Below are positions 54,350-64,000 of a DNA stretch of 64,000 nt, piece by piece (position 1 is the first letter of the stretch; every line of letters begins with the position of its first letter). The translations under genes were made by a program, and so were the position numbers. The notes beneath the pieces are model-generated. The model did not search any database. It saw nothing but the letters and a program-made list of their open reading frames with translations, and was not told where the DNA came from. Source of the DNA: the human T2T-CHM13v2.0 reference genome, Homo sapiens. The stretch lies in assembly GCF_009914755.1 (NCBI RefSeq), contig NC_060927.1. One strand, given 5' to 3'.

Positions 54350-54413
54350 GTACTGGGCTTCAAACTCTTCAGATCTCTTTTGTACTGGGCTTCAAACTCT
54401 TCAGATCTCTTTT
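54350..54413. repeat. Perfect 32-bp tandem duplication
   Basis: gtactgggcttcaaactcttcagatctctttt x2. Confidence 0.98.
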
Positions 54414-54727
54414 GAATCCTTGTTCTGGGCCCAAGTTTTCCCAATTGTAAAACAAGAATTGAAAACTTCATCTTATGAGGATGCTGTGCTTTTGAGTAGT
54501 AGTGTTTGTCATAGTATACAGGTCCAGTATTATATTAATCTATCACTTTCAGTGTACTTAGAACAGGTAGAAAACTTTAAATCTTTGCTTCCACCCCTAG
54601 TAACTCTTCAGGAGTTGTTACTTTAAAAGAAGAATGAAGTTCCTCCATGCCATCCCTTTCCTGCTGATTCGTATTGAATCCAATTATGGCCTCTTGTAGG
54701 CAAGAGTACAGGGGAGTGATCAAGATT

Positions 54728-55190
54728 ATCCATTTCACAACTGGAGAACATTCTGATACATGAAATAAGTCAGGCACAGAAGTACAAACTTTGCATGTTC
54801 TCACTCATTTGTGGGAGCTAAAAATTGAAACAATTGAACTCATGAAGATAGAGAGTAGAATGATTTTTACCAGGGGCTGGGAAGGGTAGTGAGGAGGGGG
54901 GATAGTGACTGGATACAAAAATATAATTAGATAAAATGAATAAGAGCTAGTATTTAATAGCACTACAGGGTTATTACAGTCAACAGTAATTTATTGTACA
55001 TTTAAAAATAACAGGGTATAATTGGAATGTTTGAACACAAAGAAATGATAAATGCTTGAGGTGATGGATACTCCATTTACCCTGATGTGATTGCTATGCA
55101 TTGCATGCCTGTATCAAAATATCTCATACGCCCCATAAATATATACACCTACTAAGTACCAACAAAAATGAAAAATTAAAGAAAAGAACT
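54728..55190 (+). mobile_element. L1MA (MA2/3-like) 3' end
   Basis: 'tgaaataagtcaggcacagaa..catgttctcactcatttgtgggagctaa..ttgcatgcctgtatcaaaatatctcat', A-rich tail. Confidence 0.9.
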
Positions 55191-55791
55191 ATGGGAGAAA
55201 ATCTGCCAATTACACCATGACTTATGTTTTCTTAAAAAAAAAATACTTCTTTCACCGTCTCTGTAACAAAAGCTAAGTCTGGAAAAGGGTGTCCAAGAAT
55301 CTGATTTTGTCATTCTTAGAAAATTAAAGGACCACATGGGTGATTGTGGAGCTGTACTGGGAAGCAGTAGAATTACAGGAGCAATTAGGGTTGAATTAAA
55401 AAAAATTGGAGAATACCTTGTCAAAATCTTTCCTTTGTTTCCCATGGAAATAAAATAAAACTAATTCTTAATGTGCTCTGCCAAAGTCTCTGTTTTAGTA
55501 GTATCTTAGGATGGCAGGTACCATGATTACAGTCCTGATTAGTGTAACAGTAAGGGCAACTGACCTTATAACACTAAAGAAATATCCCTACCTACTAGTT
55601 AGTATATGCCAGGCACTTTCAAACTCATTTATTCCTTTCATCTTGGCAGACTTGCGATTTGAACCCAGTGTCAATTGGCTACAGAGTTCAAGCTTTTCCA
55701 TAACATGATGTTGGCTCTTAGAGTTGACAGAAGTTGTTGTTAAAATTTGACCAAGTTCATGGAATGATCCAACCTGCACCACATTGCTGAC

Positions 55792-56180
55792 CCTTCCTTC
55801 CTTCCTTCCTTCCTTCCTTCCTTCCTTCCTTCTTTCCTTCCTTCCTTCCTCCTTTCTTTTTCTTTCTTTCTTCCTTTTACTTTCTCTTTCTTTCTTTTTC
55901 TTTTTTTTCCAAGGTCTCACTCCATCACCCAGGCTGGAGTATAGTGGCTTGATCTCAGTTCACTGCAACCTCTGCCTCCCAGGTTCAAGCATTCTCCTGC
56001 CTTCTGTATAGCTGGGATTACAGGTACCCGCCACCACACCCAGCTAATTTTTGTGTTTTTAGTAGAGATGGGTTTCACCATGTTGGCCAGGCTGGTCTGG
56101 AACTCCTTGACCTCAAGTGATTTGCTCACCTTGGCCTCCCAAAGTGCTGGGATTACAGGAAAGAGCCACCACGCCTGGCC
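55792..56180 (-). mobile_element. Alu (AluS-type) whose tail has become a (TTCC)n/(TTTC)n microsatellite (55792-55910)
   Basis: Antisense Alu body 55911-56180 abutting the simple repeat. Confidence 0.95.
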
Positions 56181-57569
56181 CTTGTGGTGCTTTTGTTACA
56201 CTGCATTGAAATTGCATAAGCCTTGTTACACTGCTTGGTAATTAGGCAAAGGTGGTAGAAGACTGTCTCCAACAGTTTTCATTAGGAATGCGCAAGATTT
56301 CAGGTCTAGTCTAATAGGTAAATTAGGCTTCTATGGGCCTAGCGCCCAAGGCGGACCAGATACCCCTGTCTCATGGGTCATGGTAGAGCTAGATTTCCAA
56401 AGTGATACATCCAGGCCCAAGGTTCCTGAGTGAATTCACAGAAGAAAGTTCAAATCCTAGCACAGGTTTGTGTGCTGGGCAGGGATGACGGTGTGTCAGA
56501 GACAATGAATAAAATGAGATCTGGGCCTGTCATGTGGGTTCTGGCATTTTCTCTTTTGGGGAGTTATTTGATAACCAGGGCACACAGAGGGGTCTCAACC
56601 TCCCCGCCCCCCCCCCCCCGGATCATTACCTCTATGGGAAGACCTCTACCCCATCTTGTGGTGTCCTGGGCAGGGGTAGCTGTGGTGTCTACATCCAGGG
56701 GCTTGATGTCAGGGTGGCAGCTGTGAGCTCTAAGGTAGAGGTTGGCTGAAACTGGGGCAGCCCTTCCCAAATTCTCTTTTCTAAGGGAAATGACTCATGA
56801 GTGTCTGAGTGTCCCTCACAGACTTTTTTCCTACAGGTTCCTAGAAAGTGGAGGAAGGACGAAAGCTAACTCTTGTTTGACATTTCTGTGACTCAGGAGT
56901 GCAGAAGTATAAAAAACTACTTTGTTAACCAAATGTCAAATTTAATGAACCCACTGATATCAAAAGAAAGACCTGCAATATCTTCATCTGTGTAATTAAT
57001 TAGCCTGTGTCTATAAAGTGTTCCAAGCATGTGAAGTGCCACAGATATTTTGTGTTATTTATTATTATGCATGGGAAACATAACTGGATTTCTTTGACCT
57101 CTGTGCACTTAACAGCTCCTGTTTAATGGTGCATTAATTGTAGCTTTATTTTTTGATCAGCATCGATTCTCTTTTGGTGGTGATATATTGAGGCATATTT
57201 TCATGCCTTTCAAGATTTCCCTTTAGAAAATCAAGTTTTGAAAATGAGAGTGGCAGTGAGGAGTGACTGAAGGTGTCTGAAAGGGGGGGAGTGTTGACCG
57301 CATGAAAACAGGTTTTCAGAAAATGCATCTGCTAGCATCAGATTAAATTAAAAGAGGAAAAGGCTGGAAGCAGGGAAGAATCCTGCTTAGGCATGAAATA
57401 ATGAAAATGTGAGCTAGGGTAGTGATTGGGAAATGGAGATTGTATGGTTGAGAGAAAAATGTATTGCTTCAGAACTGTTAATGATAATGTCCTAATGGGC
57501 CCTCTGGTGTGGCAGGGGAAAGCTGTAGGCCGCTTAACTGCCCTATATTAAAAATGAAAAGAAATAATT

Positions 57570-58182
<613 letters not shown>

Positions 58183-58926
58183 ATCCATTTGGAGAGCTGG
58201 AGGTAGCCTTGTTAATAGATAGATGCAAAAATAATTTGGAAAATGAAAGAGCAGCCTAACAAGATTCCAATGGGCTTGAGGAGAAAACCCCCTGTGACAG
58301 GTATGTGGGTGTTGGGCATGTAGCTGGTGTTGCTGAGGCACTGTTTAAGCTGTCTAACAACCAGGTTTGTCTGCTAGTCAGTACTTAGATGCAATGTAAT
58401 ACTCACCTGGTTTTACTCTGAAGAATCAGTAAAAGCGTACAATGTACACACAATGTTTTAGGAATGGTGCTTTGGAGAAGTCAAAGTGTTCACCCCTGGG
58501 TCAAAGTAGAAAGCATAGAGAGTGTGGTGAGAGTTAGGTGGAGAGCTGCTAGCCATCACGGTTCATGTGACTTTGAGAACAATAAAGATGTAAGAGAATT
58601 CAGTGAGACCTTGAGCAGGGCATGGGTTTCCCACGGCATGTCAGATGAGATCAAGACAATTTTATTTGATTTTCCAAAACAAAGTGACCTCAGCTAACGT
58701 GCAGAAAAGAAAGGACGAACCCTAGAATTGGTGATATCTTTCCAAATTGAGGATTGTATTACAGAACTTTATGTAACAAGAAAGGAGCCCACTGCCTTCC
58801 TCTCTCCAACTTTGCCCCTGTGGCTCCACTCATTATTTTTCATTTTTTTAGAGTGGTCATGCATACCTCAATGGGACAAAGTATCTCCTCTGAGACTTCA
58901 GAAAATCCTTTTCTTCTGGAGCCACT

Positions 58927-59075
58927 CTGTTCTGGATTACCCTGAGATTTTAATGAGATAAAGTCTAGAGATGTATATAACTTTTCTGCATCATTTTGGA
59001 ATTTTAATGAGATGAAACGAGACCCAGAGACACCTGTTCTAGACCACTTTGGGATCTTAATGAGGTAAGGCTAAC
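58927..59075. repeat. Degenerate ~53-bp tandem repeat, ~2.8 copies
   Basis: Units start at 58927, 58981 and 59034, sharing ct(g/t)ttct..at(t/c)ttaatgag(a/g)t. Confidence 0.75.
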
Positions 59076-60629
59076 GGAGGATGGACTAAATTCATTTTTT
59101 CCCAAGCTGTTCAGAGACCAAATACACAGACAAGAAATGCAAACATATGGATGAAGTCTTCCAAATTGCTACTTCCTCTAACTCCTTTTCTAATCTTCAT
59201 GTTGTTTCTTTTTTATTTAGAGTGTGTGTGTTGGTAGGTGTCATCAGTGGAGGGCTGGTGGTTGGAAGTTAGAGGAGTAGCTGTTTATGAATTCTAGACC
59301 TGGACAGTCTTTGTCATTAAGTTGATATGTGACCCCATGGTAAGTAACTAAGGCTCTCCTCCTCTGCTTGGTTTGGGATTCTATCTAGCCACTGTCTTGT
59401 TTATCATTAGATTGCCTTGTTTAGCTATCTGTATTGACACAATGCTAAGTCTAAGGGGTCATTTTATCTGCCATAAGCAAAGGAAAAAGGTCCTTTAAAA
59501 AATTAAAGTGATTCAAGGTCCCACACTATTGCTAGCTTGTAATACCTCTGGGAGTAAGAATGCAGTACCTGCCTGGCCTCTCATACTCATTTGTAAGATG
59601 GCTTGAGTATTGGGGTCACCTGTATTTTGGGAGAGAAATTTCTCTCCTGATGGAAGTTGCCATGCTCAACCAAGCATGCAAGCCATGTGAAGAATCCTAG
59701 AATCCTATATTTCACTCTGTGTGTTTCTTTCTCTTGTCATTCCAGGATGCAAACAGGTTGAAGACAAGAGCTCTCTTTAATGGAAACTGAACAGTGCCTA
59801 ACTCCTGTAGATATTCACTGAATGTTAAATAACAACAGTGATCATGTAATAATGATGCCCAATTCACTTGGGAGAGAATACCAAATAGCTTGGAATTTTC
59901 CTGTTACTGCCAGCATGGCCTGAGAGCATCCTGAGGTGAATTTAAAAACTTCAGTGATTCAAATCACATTTACCATAAGAAATACATCTTCTAGCTTAGA
60001 GTATTGTTCAGCTGATTGCTGGCTTACTGTGTCTTCGTTCGAATCATCCAGGTCTGGAAGAAAGATATTGTGCTTTAATGATAAACAATCTCAAAAGGGA
60101 GCAAGAGGGATTCAACTGGCTCTTCTGGCCAGTGCCTTTCTCTTCATTTCCCTCATCCAGTATTTTTTCCAACTGTTTCAGTTGCTTTGAAGTAAATTAT
60201 TACCATATGAGCTCAATTTAAAGAGCTGCTATAGAAAACAAGCTGCCACAAGCTATTAAGAAAATAACCCTATTGCAGTTTTGTGTGAAAAGGAAAAACA
60301 AATTAACTCCATTCAAGATACGTACATATATATTTTTTTCATTGAACCAGATTCTTTCTCAATAGCATCAATGAAAAGAAATGGCAGCTTTCTTATCCTC
60401 CCTGCTTTTCTCAATCCAGCCCTGAGTCTTATACCATAGTATCCTGGAGGAAGCTGTCAGACATCTTAGTTAAAAGCTTTCTGATGGGAACTTTAATGAT
60501 TGGTCTGGAAAGAACCAGCGTTATGGGCATGAACACTGCTTTCTTCCCCCAAGATCTGCAATGCTACACAGAGCATAAACATCTTTCTCTTGGCAACTGC
60601 CTGCATATCCCTCAGGCGTCACTGGGCTT

Positions 60630-60950
60630 GGACATTTATTTGTTTATTCATGTATGATCTACTAAGTGCCATGTGTTTTGTGAGGTGACAGGGATATAAT
60701 AAATAAGACACAATCCTGCCCTAAAATGACCTCACTGTAGAGATGAATACGTGATTATGGGTTCCCTCTTGATGAGGTAATGACAGTGACAAGACACAGG
60801 TTAGAGGGTGGGCTGTGGAATCACAGCTCAGAAGCACCCACCCAGTCTTAGTGGGGTCACAGAAGCTTTCTGGAGGAGGTAATGCCTGAATTTCCAGGAC
60901 AAGTAAGAATTTGCCATTTGAAAAAGGGGCCAGGAAAGAGATTTCCATTG
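60630..60950 (-). mobile_element. L2 3' end
   Basis: 'atttatttgtttattca..ctactaagtgcc..aataagacacaatcctgccct'. Confidence 0.72.
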
Positions 60951-61759
60951 TTAACACATAGTCTGCTCCCTGCCTTCAAATTTAGGTAAAATTGTTTTAT
61001 CTAACACATTCACACCTTGCAAATTCAAGAGAAGGGGCCTTCTAATGGCAATTTCTACTTCCCTATGTCCACCGCTAATTCTAGCATCTATCAAGTAACT
61101 ACAGTGGAGTTGCTACTGACTTGGGTGTTTTTGTAACCTATTATTGATTATAATTTTACTCCCATATTTACGGATAGGAAGGCTGAGGTCACAACTGATA
61201 ACTAAGAGTCTAGTCTTTTTTTCAAAATCTAAATTCTTCTTACTGTAGCATGCTGCAAATTTAAATAAAAATTCTAGATGGTTCCAGTGGAAAGAATGTT
61301 CCACCTGGCCTTTCCGCTTGCTATCATGACAAATCTATAGCAGGTTTATAGTGTTTGCCTGAAAGATAAGTATCACTGTATTTCTATTTGGACAATGCCA
61401 TTTCTTGCGTTTGCTTTTTACCATTCAGTATTGTCAGACTTTGAAATGTATGTTTTATAGTACTTTTCCATTTCTTATGAAAAAATATTTCAATGTGTCT
61501 ATATTATTTTTCTGTGAACACACACATACACACACGACTTGAACCCCTGAGCCACTTGCTAATGAACTTTAAGAATTCACTGGACAGGGTGTTGCCAAGT
61601 TAGCAAGATCTGAACCACTATAGTCTCTCCCTCTTATGGAGACATGACAACATATGAAAACTGGATTCGTGTCTAGGGCTTTCTTTCCTCTTATGGGTGC
61701 ACCAAATTGGAAGAGTAATATTAAGAAGTTTTGAGCTGATCATTATCACTAGACTGGCC

Positions 61760-62166
61760 CTGAGGCAGAGACCACTGACTATGTATGAAAATACTTTTTC
61801 GTCTTCAGTACAGAGCTAGACTACATTTCCCAGCATTCCCTGCAGTTTAATATGGGCACGTGACTGAATTCTAGCCAATGGATTGAGGAGTTAATGATTT
61901 GTACCACTTCCAAGTTTGGCTCATAGAACCCCAAGCACGTTCCTTCATGCTCTTTACCTTTCCCACTGCTAGAGTGAAGATGACTTCCAAGGCGATCTTG
62001 GAAGCTGTGTGTCAAAGATCTATGATCAACTGGGTCCCCAAATGACCATGGAAAGAAAAATTGGTTCTCTACCAAGCACTGTTATGTGAATAAGGAATAA
62101 CCTTCTATTGTGCTTCTAATGTTTGTTTTTCGGCTTATAGCAGCTGGTGTTACCCTAAATGATACA
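61760..62166 (+). mobile_element. MLT1J-like LTR
   Basis: 'agctagactacatttcccagc..cgtgactgaattctagccaatgg', ending 'accctaaatgataca'. Confidence 0.8.
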
Positions 62167-62855
62167 GGCGGTCATCCCTAGAGATTTTATTGTTATCAGC
62201 TTACTTAGTATTCGTGCCCTGAGTCTTGCAGTTTCCACTGCAGAGAACTCTGCAGGGTTCTGAGGTCTGAAGACTTTGTGAGGCTTTAAATGAAAAGTAA
62301 AACACACAGGTTACATTCATCAGTCCTGATCTCAGCCTGTCTCTGCTTTGAGTGTCTTGTCCCCTGAGGGCTTCTCAAGCAAGAGGGAAATGTTCTGACT
62401 GTGGCCTAGCAGTGTCTTTTCTCTTGATTGACTGATCAATGTAGTTTGTTCCTGCTGCTAGGTTTCTGATGAGATTTATGACCACCAGGGCTGCCATATT
62501 TCAGTCCTTATTTTCACCCTTCTTTGCTTAAAGAGAGCCATTATAGTGGCATCATCATCTTTGACTGTTTTCAAAATTTTACTCACATGAGGCCTGTGAG
62601 GAGCTCCCAGCTCTCAGATGTCAGAGCTGCTGGGTGAAAGCTACGTTTGGGGAGATAGCACAACAATTCCTTCTCTTACTCATGTTTATCAGCAGTAGGT
62701 ACTGGCAGGGACATGGTGCCAGTGAAATACTTTTTTAACACTAACTTAGTGTTGAAACGTGTGCACATTGTCAGTGTTTCTAAAGGTCATTCTAAATCTG
62801 AGGGTTGGGGACAATTTTCCTGGACTGATTTTGGGAAACTAGACTCCTTCCACTC

Positions 62856-62881
62856 CTGCTGCTGCTGCTGCTGCTGCTGCT
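62856..62881. repeat. (CTG)8 trinucleotide repeat
   Basis: Directly visible. Confidence 0.97.
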
Positions 62882-63474
62882 ACCACTAGCCATGTGCAAG
62901 CAGTAAGTGAGGAAATTTATCTTGCTGGGTAAATCCAAGCCTCACTTTATTAAAATATCTCAGAGGAAGACCTGACAAGGAGTGGGCAAACTGCCCATAA
63001 CCCTGTTACTACAGATGTCAGGGTCTGAGAACTAGGTTAAATGTTTGCCTTCTCTGAGACTCTACATTTCTGTTTTTTTCTTATTCCTCCAGATGAGAGA
63101 AGCTTGAAACAAGGACACCTGTGTACTATGCAGTAGCCCACAAATGGTTTCTTTAAGATATGCCCCCTTCCTATTTCTGGAGACTGGCAATATGTTGGAA
63201 GTGGGTAGGAATAAGACAACTCAGCGGTTGAGGATTTTGAAAATGAGTATGTTAGATGTTATGGATTATCACTTTTACACCCATAATTCTCAGCATCTTA
63301 AACTTAGCATGTCACCATTCAGACTGAACTGAATTGAATTCTATTTATTTCTGTAGACAGAGGCATCTCCTTTTACTATTGATGGGTTTCCTTAGGTGTT
63401 TATAACAGAACATCTCATGACTCTTCAAATATTTATCATTAACATACTGTTGAATTAAGACAGTGTGATGATTG

Positions 63475-64000
63475 CTCAAAGACCTGAGGACAGAAATATC
63501 ATTCGACCCAGCAATCTAATTACTGAGTTTATACCCAAAGAAATATAAATCATTCTATAAAGACATATGCACACATATGTTCATTGCAACACTAGTCACA
63601 ATAGCAAAAACATGGAATGAACCTAAATGCCTATGAATGATAGACTGAATAAAGGAAATGTGGTACAGATGCACCATGGAATACTATGCAGCCATAAAAA
63701 AGAGTGAGATCAAGTCCTTTGCAGGGACATGGGTGGAGCTGGAGGCCATTATCCTTAGCAAACTAACATAGGAGCAGAAAACCAAATACTGCATGTTCTC
63801 ACTTCTAAGTGGGAGCTAAATCATGACAACAGTGGACCACATAGAAGGGAACAACAGACACTGGGGCTTACCTGAGGGTGGATGATGGGAGGAGGAATAG
63901 GATCAGGAAAAATAACTAGGCTTGATACCAGGGTAATGAAATAATCTGTACAACAAACCCCCATGACACAAGTTTACCTCTGTAATAAACCTGCACACAT
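63475..64000 (+). mobile_element. 5'-truncated older L1PA (PA13-like): ORF2 C-terminus and 3' UTR, runs off the window
   Basis: 'cattcgacccagcaatc..atggaatactatgcagccataaaaaag..gtcctttgcagggacatgg..gcatgttctcactt..gtgggagctaa'. Disrupted by indels. Confidence 0.93.

Noticed and set aside
62856-62881. (CTG)8 as a disease-type or polyglutamine repeat
   Set aside because: It is short and not in a supportable exon.

Overview
Primate (very likely human) non-coding genomic DNA. It is AT-rich, CpG-depleted and has no CpG island. About half is recognisable interspersed repeat: 12 Alu copies or fragments (J and S lineages, several with readable target-site duplications), L1 fragments of many ages, L2, MIR, MaLR/MLT1 and ERVL (LTR16, LTR33) solo LTRs, hAT-Charlie (MER5) and Tigger4-type DNA transposons, and many microsatellites. 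I find no credible protein-coding exon, processed pseudogene, RNA gene or CRISPR array. The longer ORFs in the track are Alu or simple-repeat translations, and the rest are chance-length. I cannot name the locus, and I see no evidence of a new biological system. The signals worth a second look are small. They include local templated insertions and template-switch scars (41.8/42.8 kb, 7.5 kb, 1.0/2.4 kb, 6.3 kb), two tail-to-tail inverted Alu pairs with deletions, a decayed ~53-bp minisatellite, a 68-bp perfect Z-DNA-type tract with NRF1/E-box motifs, and a few repeat-free motif-rich blocks that may be enhancers. Repeat subfamily names come from recalled consensus features, not a database search, and old-repeat boundaries are approximate.
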